Source: Geosiphon pyriformis uo1 (lineage: Eukaryota > Fungi > Glomeromycota). Taken from it: a DNA stretch of 64,000 nt. Numbering within the stretch: the stretch's first letter is position 1; each line of letters opens with the position of its first letter. The notes beneath the pieces were generated by a model. That model was not told the origin of the DNA. It searched no databases and saw only the letters and a program-made list of their open reading frames with translations. The stretch lies in the NCBI GenBank assembly GCA_016748015.1, contig JAAOMT010000503.1, forward strand, positions 62,001-126,000, read 5' to 3'. This document shows positions 50,373-62,619 of this stretch, one piece after another. The position numbers were made by a program, and so were the translations under genes.

Positions 50373-51529
50373 TTTTTACCTCCTCTGAAACGGTTACATT
50401 ATTTGTATTTTTTCATTATATCGTCGCAAATGCCCTAATCTTTGTATTACTTTAAAATTTAGTTTCAAAATCAAAAACTGTTTTTCCTTTTTTTCTCTGT
50501 CATCACAACAAACTTTTTTTTGTATTTCTAAAAAACGCGAGCTTCATATCATCACGCTTTTTCGTGTTAAATGGGCTCTAATTATTGTAGCTAGAGTAGA
50601 TTTTCTAAAAAGTATAAAAATCCCAAAATTAGTTTTCTCTTCTTTCAGTATGTAATAAAAAAAGTATTTCAAGCCGAGCCAATCCTAATCGGGATTTGGT
50701 AAATGTTAAGGTTTATAGCTTGAATGGTACAATCACAAAAAATTTTAAGATGGACTTTAACTTATTGAGATTAGCACTGATCGATTTGTTTTCTTATAAA
50801 GATTTTAAAGGCTAATAGATAATACAATTCAGATATAATTGTTTTTTCATCATCAATTGCATAATGTTTAGAAATGCGTACATTTGTAATCACGAATAAT
50901 TAGCTTCTAATACATATTTAGACTAGATTTTCTTTGGATGGTATAATACTAAACCAAATGGATCAGGGACTATCAATTAATTAGACTTCAATATTGCAAA
51001 GCACGAAACAAAGAATTTTTTATATATTTATTATTTCTCGAAATGTTGTTTGATTATCAATTTTTTATTGAAACAATCAGTTGAAGATTTTTTTTTAATT
51101 AAAAAAAAAACGGAAATGGAAAATGACGATTGATTTTTCTTTGATTACACAAATCGTTTTAAATCATGAACAGGTAAGACAATACAAAAATGTCGTTTAC
51201 TTTCCTTTGTCAACCTTTTGATAACAATTAGATAAACCGAGTTAAACCAGTATTGGTAAACAATTTAATAAAATTTTTTTTTAATAAAACTAAACTTTTA
51301 CCATATACATATACAGCTTATTATAAAAAACAAAACTCCAAAAGTTCGAAAAACTGACTAAAAAAAGTAACTTTAAAGTACTGTTTTAAAGCAGTATATC
51401 GACTCTATATACTGTTTTAAAACTGCCCAAAAGTAATGTTGACAAATAAAATAAATATACTCACTCTTAATAGAATTGGAAAACTTATTAACAACAAATT
51501 CTAAGACTTATAAGAACGAAAACTTTTAT

Positions 51530-52340
51530 ATTAGACATTACCAGTAAAATTTTAGTCGGTAATTAAACATAAAATTACTCTTATAATTTTTATCAGTAAT
51601 TAGCATATATTATTATTATTTTATTTATTACTTATTATTTAATTAAATTATTATAATATTTCTATCTAAGTAGTAATTTGATTTATATAATATATTAATA
51701 TAACCAAATATAATGATCAAATCATACAATATTCTGAACTCTGTAACATTTAAAATTTTGCTAAAATTTGTAAAATATCTTAATAATACACCAAAATAAT
51801 TCATAATTCATAGAAACAATTTGTAGTTCACCAAAATATATCTTTATTTTATCAAAATTATAACAAAAAAAAAGTTAAAGTTATAGACTAGTACTACAAT
51901 AAACTGTATAAAAGAAGAGCTTTTCTCTTTAAAAAAATATATCTTATCTTAGAATCATTTTCTTTAGAACAAGTTTCTTAGTACAAATTAATTAGTTATA
52001 AATTGAAATTTTCCAAATCCCAATTAATGTTTTAAAATTAATTAACTACTAATTTTAATAATTTATTAATTACTTTAGGTCTAAACAAAAAACAATTCTA
52101 TTTAAACAAAATTATTTTCTTTTATTTTTTTTATTATATATATTAGAATAGTTTACAAATAAAATTTTTGTAAAAAAGTTGACTTTTACAACAAAGTAAT
52201 TACACATTTTTAATAAGCTTCCAGATAAGCATTTCTTAAAAAAAAGTTGATTTTTATTACAAAGTAACTACACAAAATAATTGGCATAAAATTGGCCATT
52301 TTACTTATAAGTTTAGTAATTTAAATTATAAGAGATAATT
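51530..52340 (+). repeat. ~800-bp repeat with an inverted copy at about 59480-61245 (that copy is interrupted by a solo LTR)
   Basis: 51530-51990 is the reverse complement of 60795-61245. 51985-52340 is the reverse complement of about 59480-59850. Confidence 0.85.
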
Positions 52341-52899
52341 TAAAGATAAATTCAGATATTAAAAGTTCAATAGCTTGTAATAATCAGAATTAACAATAAA
52401 ACAACATTAACAATATTTAAGAAAAGAGACCAAAAATTTTTAGTATCATTTAGTGCTTAAATTAATATAGTAATAACAACTTTAAAGTGACAACTGCTTC
52501 AAACATAACAACTCTAGAATACTATTAGTTAATTTATACTTACTGCAAACAACAATTTGAAATTCGAAACAAAATTATAATTTTCAAGAAAACACACATT
52601 TAATACATTAAAAACTGAATTAATAATTATCTTTTTAGAAACTATAATATTTTAAAATTCAAGCAAAATCTTCTTAAAAATTTTATTTATTACTTAAACA
52701 AAGATTCAAAAAATATTAGTGCTAATAATTGTGCTACTTACTTTGAAAAACTTGATTATAATATTATTAAATTTTATAAAAAAAATACTCTGCCAATTTA
52801 CAATTTATTTTTAAACTTAAATTTAAATCTAAAACAAGCAAAAAAGACAAAAAAAACACTTAACCAATTTATATAATGTTTAACACACCAAAAAAAAAT

Positions 52900-54464
52900 T
52901 TTTAACACTTGTAAACATTTAAACAAGAAGCCAATTCTAAATTATTATTTTTAATCATATAATTTTTAGTTTTATTTGCTTAAGTTTAAATACTAAATTT
53001 ATTACTTAATTGTTTTTAAAACCAGAAAACTTTACATTACCAAAAAGCTTAACATAATAATCTAAACAAATTTTTACTAACACAAATTTTCTTAATTACT
53101 TAGCAGAAAACCAGAATAATTACTCTGACAATATAGACAACAATAAAAATATTTCTGAATTCATTAAGAAAAAAACTGCTAAAAACAAAAACACAGAAGA
53201 AATAACAACTGTTTATATTATAAAAATTACTAAATTTACAGAAAAAAAGACTGATATTAGTTTTTAAAAATAGTTAAACAAAGTCTTAAAAACAAAAAAT
53301 GCCAATAGATAAAATACTACAAAAATGCTTAAAACTATTCTTTACTTTTTTTAAAGAACTGTAAACAAATAATTCGAAAATTTGAATAAATTTTTTAAAA
53401 ACTGGCAAGCATTTAAAGATGTTTTTCTTAAACAGTTCATTAATAATAACACATTTATTATTTTCTAAAATTAATCCAAAACATTAAACAAAAACCAGCA
53501 GAATCTGTTATAATTTATTTTAAGAAGTTTAACAAACTTTTTTAATAAATTTGTCAATTAAAAACCAATAATTACTATTCCAATACTTAAATATTAAATT
53601 AATTTATTATTGAATTCAAGAATAAATTAATTATAAAAGTTTGTTTATATGTACTAAAAAATTTAATCACAGCTATTTAATATATTAAAGTTTACAAAAT
53701 AACAATAAAAAAAGCTAATTACATAAAACTTATTAACCTTATAATTAGAAAAACTAGTTTAACAACTGAGAAAAAAATCAATTAACTTATTAAAAAAACT
53801 GAAAATTATTTTATCAATTAACAATAACAGTAATAACAGAAATATTAACTATTATAATAATAAAATTAAAATAACTTTTTATTATTATCCAACAACCAAC
53901 TTTAAAATTGCTACTATTGTAGAATTTTAAAACATTGAAAATAAGATTACAAAAAGATACAAAGAAACCAACAACAAAAAAATAATTTATATTAATCTAA
54001 ATTTTAGTAATTTTACTATCAATTTTTATTATTAGCTTATTATTTTTTTAGACTTTAATATCAAAATAATTACTATTAACTTCTTTTACAACCAATTTAA
54101 CAACAGTATTAACAACCACTATCTGCTTAATGATACCAAGTATCTGCAAGAAAATTGGTTTAACAAAACCAATTTTTAACAAATAATAACAGAATTAATA
54201 TTAATTATTAATTAGTTTTTTAAAACAATTTATAATAAAAATTTATCTATTATTACACTCAATTTAGTTATTTAAAAATATCAAAAAAACTGAATTTTTA
54301 ATAAACTGTACTTTCTAAAGATAAAACTATAGCACTAAAACAAAACTTTTTTAAAAACAACCATTTTATTTTACCAGTTAAAATTGCTAAAAATACCAAT
54401 CTATTAGACATATTTTCATTTAAGTTTGAAGCAAATAAATCATTATTTTTGCTTAGCAATACAG
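52900..54464 (+). mobile_element. Second Gypsy gag relic of the same family as 30.8-33.3 kb
   Basis: Colinear with 30800-33330 (for example NWQAFKDVFLKQF at about 53400 and the knuckle CYYC at about 53908). Cut by the LTR at 54465. Confidence 0.85.
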
Positions 54465-55261
54465 TATTATAGGTGATTATTTAGAGTATTAGAACAAATA
54501 ACAAACCAGTAACTTAGTGCTCAATAGTTGAAAATGTTGATAATTTTTAAAGACTTTGGAGTTTGAAGATTTTGGTTAAGCTTTTTGTATAATAAATAAA
54601 GATTTAATTAATAATTTCTTCTGTGATTTTTTTTTAGTATGGTAGTTAGTTTATTTTAATAGTTATGCTCTTCTGGTACTCTATTTTTAAATTTTTACTC
54701 TTTGTTTTTGGGTTTTTTACTAAACTATTCTTGACATTAATTATTTAGCACTTAATTTTTTTAATCAATTAGTAAATAAAAAAATAAAATAAAATAAAAT
54801 AAAATAAAATAAAATAAAAAAATAAATAAAAAATTAGTATCTTGTTAATAGTCATAATTAAGAATTATTGGTTTAATATAGTTAAGTATTGGATTTTATC
54901 AATATGGAATGTTAATAGAATAGAATAGATTATTATTTTTTTAATCAAGTAATGATAACATAAATTCAATAAAAATTAAATATTTTATTAATATTAATGT
55001 AATTTCATTTCAAGTTATAGAAAACTATTTTTTAAAGAAAAAAGTATGAGATAAGTAGTTATTATTAATTATTGTTTTGTCTGAGTTAAATACTTTTTCT
55101 GTTTTTAATACTCTTATTATATATATATAATTCATGTTATACAAAATTTCTTGGAATCTTGCAATTTTTTAAAAAAAATTCTGAAATTTTTTCTTTTACT
55201 ATGTCTCTTTTTAATTGGCTATTTTACTTATTATTATAACTTCTATTTTTTATAAGTAACA
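54465..55261 (-). mobile_element. Solo LTR, family A
   Basis: Termini tattatagg...agtaaca. Colinear with the other family A copies. Flanks acag/atat do not form a clean TSD. Confidence 0.8.
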
Positions 55262-55469
55262 ATATATATTAAATTACAAACAGTTAAACTATATCTCAGT
55301 GCTTTATAATTAAAAAACTTTACAAATAAATTTACATCTATTAAAAATTTTTAGAGATTAATAATCTTGATTTGTTTTTTATACCAAACAAAAAACTCTT
55401 CAAGTTTTTTTATTTAAATATAAAACACTAAATATTACTATTATATCTTATTAAATTTATCTATAACAT

Positions 55470-56880
55470 TAAACTTTGCTGTATATGTTACTAATTGGCA
55501 TAAGTACTTATAATTTTTCTGATTTGTTGGCATTTTATAATAAAAAATCTTAAATTATTGGCTATAATTAAAATATATATAAGTATAATAAGTGTGTTAT
55601 TATTTGTTTTGCTGATAAAATTTCACAAAAAACTGCTATTAATCCTGTTTTAGTCTTCAAAAGTGTGAATTTGTATTAAATTGGTTTATTATTAGTTTAT
55701 TGTATTTAGTATAAGCAATTTAATTATATTTTTAATGTATGCTGTTACAGATGATTATTTGGAATCTCAAAGCAAATAACAAATCCATAACCTGGTACTT
55801 AATAATTGATATAATAATAATAATAATTTTTGAAGGTTTATGTGATCTGAAGATTTTGTTAATCTGAAGGTTTTGGATTTGAGTTCTTTGTATAATAGAC
55901 AGAGTCTTCCAGAATTACAATTCTGTCAAATTTTTTTTTCAGTATGGTAGTAGTTATCCTCAATTTGATAAGTTTCTACTCTTGTTCTTAAGTTTTTTAC
56001 CAGTTCTTTGATGTCAACAATTCAATGCTTAATTTTTACTCAATTTAGTAATCACAAACAAAATACAAATGAAAAAAATAAATGAAAATAAGAAATTAAG
56101 TCAAGACAAGTTAGTATCCTGTCAATAGTTGTGATCAAAAACTATTGTTCCAATGTGATCAAGTATGATTTACTATTAACATAAAGTGTTGATAGTGGAC
56201 AATTGGATTGATAAAATCAATAAGTATTTTTATTGATAGTGTAAATATATGAATGTTAACTAGGAAGTAGAACTCAGATGTTTGTCTTTTCTGTTTCTAA
56301 TACTATCACTATATATACATAATTGAGATTTTGCAATTCCTTAATTCTTTGTACCAAGAATTCTGTAATTCCTTAAGAAGAATCCTGGAATTCTGAAATC
56401 CTGCAATTTTTTATACAAAAATCCTGTAATTCTGAAATTCTGCGATTTTTTTGAGAGAAATCCTGGAATTCCTTATTTATTATATCTACTTCTAATTGGC
56501 TAGTTTATATGTTAATATAATTCCTATATTTTATGAGTAATAATGCTTAATTAATAAGAATTTAAGTAATTATAATAGAAAGTTAATTATTTTTTAAAAT
56601 TGGATAAAATTAGTCAATATATAAAAAAAAACAAATGTTAATTATTTATTAAATCTTATTTAGTAAAAACACATAAGCTCAAATTGCTGGCAGTTCTTTT
56701 TTTTATATAATCTCTTTGGTTTTTTTTAGTATAGATTTATCTTTAGATATTAAATTTTTTTTATTAGTGTTTTTAGAAATAAATAATAGGTTTATTACTC
56801 TTAAGTGCAGTTTTATTAGTTTTGTAAAGTAAATTAAAAAACTGGTATTATAAAACTGTTTTTTTTTAAAAATTGTATTA
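55470..56880 (+). mobile_element. LINE ORF1 relic interrupted by the solo LTR at 55743-56542
   Basis: 55470-55742 aligns to about 440-713. 56547 onward aligns to about 714-860 (GKTWAQIAG relic). Confidence 0.75.
55743..56542 (-). mobile_element. Solo LTR, family A, with perfect 4-bp TSD ATGC
   Basis: atgc|tgttacag ... gagtaata|atgc. Internal GGAATTCC/GAAATCC-type repeat array. Confidence 0.88.
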
Positions 56881-56899
56881 TAATTAATTTTTTATATAG

Positions 56900-57667
56900 T
56901 ATTACAAATGATTATTTAGGTGTTAAAGTAAATAATAAACTTGTAACTTGATACTTAATAACTGGTAATGTTGATAATTTTTGAAGGTTTTAAAGTCTAA
57001 AGGTTTTGGTTAAGTCTTTTATATAATGAACAAAGATTTAATTAATAGTTTCTTTTATGAATTTTTTTTTAGCATAATAACCAGTTTATTTTGACAGTCA
57101 TGTCTTTTTGATAAACTATCTTTAAATTTTTACTTTTATTTCTAGGTTTTTTACCAGACTATTTTTGACATTAAATACTCAGTACTTAATTCTTTTAATT
57201 AATCAATAAACAACAAAAAAACAAAACAAAAAAAAACAAAAAAAGAAAATAAGAAATTAATATTCTGTTAATAGTCATGATCAAAAGCTATTGGTCCAGT
57301 ATAATTAAGTGTTAAATTTTATTAACATGAAGTGTTAATAATGAGTAAGTAATTAATATTCTTAATCAAGTAATGATAATATAGATTGGATTATAATTAG
57401 AGATTTTTATTAATATAGATGTGTTTTTATTTTAAGTCATAGAAAATTATTTTTTGAAGAAAGAGTATTAGAGTTCTAAATTTTATTGAATTCTAGATAT
57501 TTTTCTGTTTCTAATACTCTCACTATATATACATAATTTGTATTATACAAAATTTTTAGGGAATTCTGCAATTTTCCAAAAAAATCCTAGAATTTCTTAT
57601 TTTACTATGCCTATTTCTGATTGGCTATTTTATTTATTATTATAATTTCTAATTTTTATGAGTAACA
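56900..57667 (-). mobile_element. Solo LTR, family A, TSD atag/atgg
   Basis: atag|tattaca ... gagtaaca|atgg. Colinear with 54465-55261. Confidence 0.85.
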
Positions 57668-58724
57668 ATGGTGTTAAATTAAATAATAATACAAAAAATT
57701 ATTTAATTTTGATATGTAAATAAGTATATTAGTCTTAATAAATGCTGTTTTTAATTTATGTTAAATTTTTATTTAATAAATTATTACTATTTTTTTATTT
57801 TAAAACTTAAAAAATAACTTAATAAGTTTTTTTAATTCTTAATAAGTATTAGATAATTTTTTCTGATAAGTATTCTTTTTATTTGATTTAATATATTATA
57901 TAATATTTACATTGAAATCACTATTGATAACTATTACTATATTAATTTTTTAAAAAAAATTCCTGTTATATTTTTATATTTTTATTTGTGTTTTTTCTTA
58001 AGACTTTTATAAAAATACTTTTTTTATCTTATACTAATATCAAATGTCTGTATTTTTTTATTTGTAATAAAGCAGTACTTTATTTTTAATAAATTTAAAG
58101 AAAATTAAATAAAAAAATAAAATTTAACAAAATTAATATTTGAAAATATTATGATTAAAGATTATTTTTTAAGACATAAAGAGGTTGTTTTAAATTTTTA
58201 AGTTAATTATTGATTTTGGCCAAGATATTATAAGTAAATTCTATATAATTACATATAGTTAATATTTTTTTAACATGTTTTTAATTTTGTTAAGCTTGGG
58301 TTTTGTTTACACTCTATTATTATATTAAGTATTTTATTGTTTTTATTAATAAAAAATAATAATAAGAGTTTGAAATTTTTATTAAGGCCTAATTATAAAG
58401 GAAAAAAAAGTTTAATTCTATTAATTTTAGTATCAATAAGTATTATAATACAAAATTAGGAAGATATTTTTCAGCTTTTCTTGAAATTATAATTTATTTT
58501 TTCTTCTTTTATTTTATTTAATTGATTTTTGTCTGTCTGTTCTTTTTTTTAGTTAGAAAGCTATTATATATATACATATTTTAAGTTATATATAATTGTG
58601 TCTATTTTAAATAATTAGTAAGTAATTATTAAGTTATTAAATTTTCTATTTAACTGTAAGTGCTTTTTGGTTTATTTGTTTATAATTGTATTAAATTGAG
58701 TGTATTTATATATGTTTTGTATAC

Positions 58725-59428
58725 TGTTATAGTTGAAACTCATAATTTTTATTAGTTATCACATGTATAAGCCACTGATGTCATATAATTAGCCACTCTA
58801 TTTTTAGATAGTAATCATTGATCTGATCAATGACCTGACCATTGACCTGATCATTGACTTGATTATTGACCTGATCATTGACCTAGTCTTTAACCTGGTC
58901 GTTGACCACTTTCAATAGCTATATAAGTAATGAGTCTCTTAGCTGTAAAAAATCATCTCTTAGACAAGAATCAAATAAATAAAAATAACAACTTTCATCT
59001 CAATCATTCTCTTATCACTAATTTCCCTTTCCCTACTTTTAAGTATCCGAACATCTTAGGATAAAAAATTACTTGTTGGCCTTTTCCTGTTTAAATAATT
59101 GTAGTATTTGAAAACTATTTGTATAAACATGACTGAAGAGCACAAGTTGATACCTAATATTGAATTCTAAGAGCACCAACATGAAGGCATAGAATTAATA
59201 CCAGTGGTAATTAATTGTTGACAGTATGGACTATCTCTCTATCTTTAGATTCTCTTGTTACTTTTTGAAAAGAATAGTGACTGAGATATTTTATGAGACT
59301 GATCTCGCACATTGAATCTATACTCATTCAATTTGCTCATTGAAGTTGAATTCCCTTTGATTATTTCCATCACCCTACAATCCTGTTTTCCTTTGCTATC
59401 TATTAGCTTGTTACTCCAATCTGTAACA
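58725..59428 (+). mobile_element. Solo LTR, family B, with perfect 4-bp TSD ATAC
   Basis: atac|tgttatag ... ctgtaaca|atac. Contains a 12-bp tandem array (58815-58890), TATATAA at about 58920 and AATAAA at about 58974. Confidence 0.8.
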
Positions 59429-59871
59429 ATACTATTGTGTACATATTATATTTTCTAATTTTATTTATTGCTTTGTATAATTTATATTATCTTCTATAAT
59501 TTAAATTGTTGAAATTATAAATAAAATAGCCAATTTTATGCCAGTTATTTTGTATAGTTACTTTGCAGTAAAAGTCAACTTTTTTTCAAAAAATACTTGT
59601 TTGGAAGCTTACTAAAATATATAGTTACTTTACTATAATAGTTAACTTTTTTACAGAAATTTTATCTGTAAACTATTTTAATATATATAATAAGAAAAAT
59701 AAAAAAAAATAAAAAAAAATAAAAAAAATGAATTTCATTTAATAAATTTTTTTTCTGTTTAGGTCTGGAGTAATTGAAATTAATAACTAATTAATTTTAA
59801 AATGTTAATTAGGATTTAAAAAAGTTCAATTTGTAACTAATTAAAATAAATTATGTTAAAGTATTTGATAC

Positions 59872-60790
59872 TGTTACTCATAGAATATAGAAATTAAATA
59901 TTAGTACATAAATTAGCCAATCAAAATAGATGTAGTAAAAATGGAATTTCAAGATTTCTTTTAGAGGAATTACAAGATTTCAAAATTACAGGATTTCTGT
60001 ATAAAAAATTACAGGATTTCAGGAATTTCAAGATTTCTGGTTAGAGAATTAAAGAATTCAAGAAATCTTATACAATAAAATTTATGTATATATAGCAGTA
60101 GTATCAGAAGCTAGAAAATTAGTCAAAAAAACTTAGAGTTAATTAGACTTGCAGATCATAATTATTAAATACCCTTTCTTTAAAAAATAGAATATTATAA
60201 CTTAAAGTGAAATCACTCCCATATTAATAAAATTATTCATTATTCTTAAATCTATGTTATTGTTGTTTGTTTAAAAATCTAATTACTCTTCCATTTATCA
60301 ACACTTCATGTTGATAAAATCCAATACTTAACCACACTGGAACAATAGCTCTTGATTATGACTATTAACAAGATACTAATTTTTTATTTTATTTTCTTTA
60401 TTTCTTTATTTTCTTTTTATTCTCTTTATTTTATTTTATTTTATTTTGTTGTTTACTAAATTGATTAAAAGAATTAAGCATTGAATTATTGACATCATGA
60501 ATAGTCTAGTAAAAGACCCAAAAATAAGGGTATAAGATTTATAAATTAATAGATAACTTATTAAAAAAACATAACTGCCAAAATAAACTAGCCACCAAGC
60601 TAAAAAAAAAAATTGGGAAATGCATCACCAAAAAATTGCATATCATTGAATTTTTGTCTATTATACAAAGAACTCCAACAAAAATCTTCAGATACAAAAC
60701 TTTCAGATATTACCAACATTATTTTATCAATTGAGCACCAAGTTATGGGTTTGTTATTTGATTTAAGACCCCAAATAATCACCTGTAACA
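59872..60790 (+). mobile_element. Solo LTR, family A, TSD atac/atgt
   Basis: tgttactcat ... cctgtaaca. CCAAT (agccaatca), a repeat array, then TATATATAG. Confidence 0.85.
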
Positions 60791-61734
60791 ATGTTTTATT
60801 AATTTGTATTAAGAAACTTGTTTTAAAGAAGATAATTCTAAAATAAAATAAATTTTCTCAAAAAAAAGCTCTTCTTTTATCCAGTTTGTTGTAGTACTAG
60901 TTTATAAACTTGAACTTTTTTTTTGCTATAATTTTAACAAATTACAAGTTGTTTTTATAAACTATAAATTATTTTGGTGTACTATTAAGATATTTCATAA
61001 ATTTTGACAAATTTTAACAAATTTTTAAATGTTATAAAGTTCGAAATATTGCATAATCTGATTATTGTATTTGTTTACATTGATATATTATACAAATTAA
61101 ACTATTAATTATATAAAAATATTGTAATAATTTAATTAAATAATAAGTAATAAATAAAATAATAATAATATATGTTAATTATTAATAGAAATTATAAAAA
61201 TAATTTTATGTTTAATTATTGACTAAAATTTTATTAATAATATAATTTCTTTAAGACTGAGCTTTATCAAAATTCAAGTATTATCTGAAATATTTAAAGA
61301 ATAATTTAGTATTATTAAAGTAATTTGGTTTGAAAATTGTTGAAATTTTAGTTCTGTAAACTTGTTAATATATTGAATTTTCATTGATTAGAGTATTAAA
61401 TTTTGTAAGACATTTTTATAAATATCAAATAGATTATAAAATCTAAAAGCTGCTTTAAGTTTGTATTGCATATTTATTGATTTAGTTGTTGTCTTAAATT
61501 TGTAATGTATTTGTTTTTATATAATTTTTTTAATGTTGTTGTTTTACCAAAAAAAAATTAAAAAAATCAAAAAAAAAATTAAAAAAAATTAGTATTATCA
61601 ATTGTTATAATTAAGAACAATTAATTCAAGTTATTAAGGTTCTGAAGCTATTTTATGCTAATAATATCTGGTTTAAAACAAGAATAAAAGAAATAATTAA
61701 TTTGATTTCAATAACACAAATTCTGAGATTATTA

Positions 61735-62619
61735 TTTTTTTTTTATTAAGTTTTATGAATGCAGCCCAATCGCTACTTAAGTACATAAAATTAAACAGGA
61801 TTTTAAATTATGTATGGCTTATGCCTTTTCTACATGTGACTGGACACTCGACCCAGTCAAGGCAGCACTACACACCTACAGAATCCACTACAGAGACATG
61901 ACTTAAGAAACCAAAGTCCAAATTGGACAAATAAGGATGCAGACCAAAACACACATGAATGTCCAATCTAACACTAAAACTGCAGATAATTTCAGCAGGC
62001 TTAACAGATAACAAACTGACTACCAAAGAGACAGCAGAGCCATTGCTTGGCAGCAAACTATATTTCTCATAAAAAAATCTTAATTTAGCAGCAGACAGCC
62101 AAATGCTGGATCTGTAATACCCAACAATATTGTGAACCAATCCGATGATCACATCACCACCAGACTGAAAGCCAAAATGGCGGGCAGCATCCGCCACCCA
62201 GCTTTTTAAAACAAACTCTTTGGCCAATATTATGTATAAGCCACCAGCAGATCCAGTCTCATGAAGAGACTTAATAATTACATTCTCTAGGACCAAACAA
62301 CCAACCATCCCACACCATTTTACTCGAATGGTCAACAATAAAGCCTCACTGATACTATCATCCTGCACACACAAAAAAGAGTGATCTGAATCTTCAACTA
62401 AATCACATTTGATGCACAATACACTGGGATATTTGGGATCATACAACCTCTTTTTCATAACAACTGGCAAGTGATAGTGAAGTGACTTCATAAGATATGA
62501 ATGCAGCGAAGCTGAAAATAAACTGGTGTAACCTGACTGGATCTTACCATCTGGATGCCAAACACTAAAAAATCTACTTATATCAACTATACAGGTGACA
62601 TTCTTGTTTACAACATCGG
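61735..62619 (-). mobile_element. LINE 3' end with poly(A), truncated by an LTR insertion
   Basis: ORF 61868-62491 (KRLYDPKYPSVLCIKCDLVEDSDHSFLC) is the ORF2 C-terminus. The family 3' UTR is followed by a T-run at 61735-61744 on the + strand. Confidence 0.9.

Noticed and set aside
58815-58890. (VNDQ)n peptide repeat on the minus strand
   Set aside because: It contains a stop and lies within a solo LTR, so it is better explained as a non-coding array.
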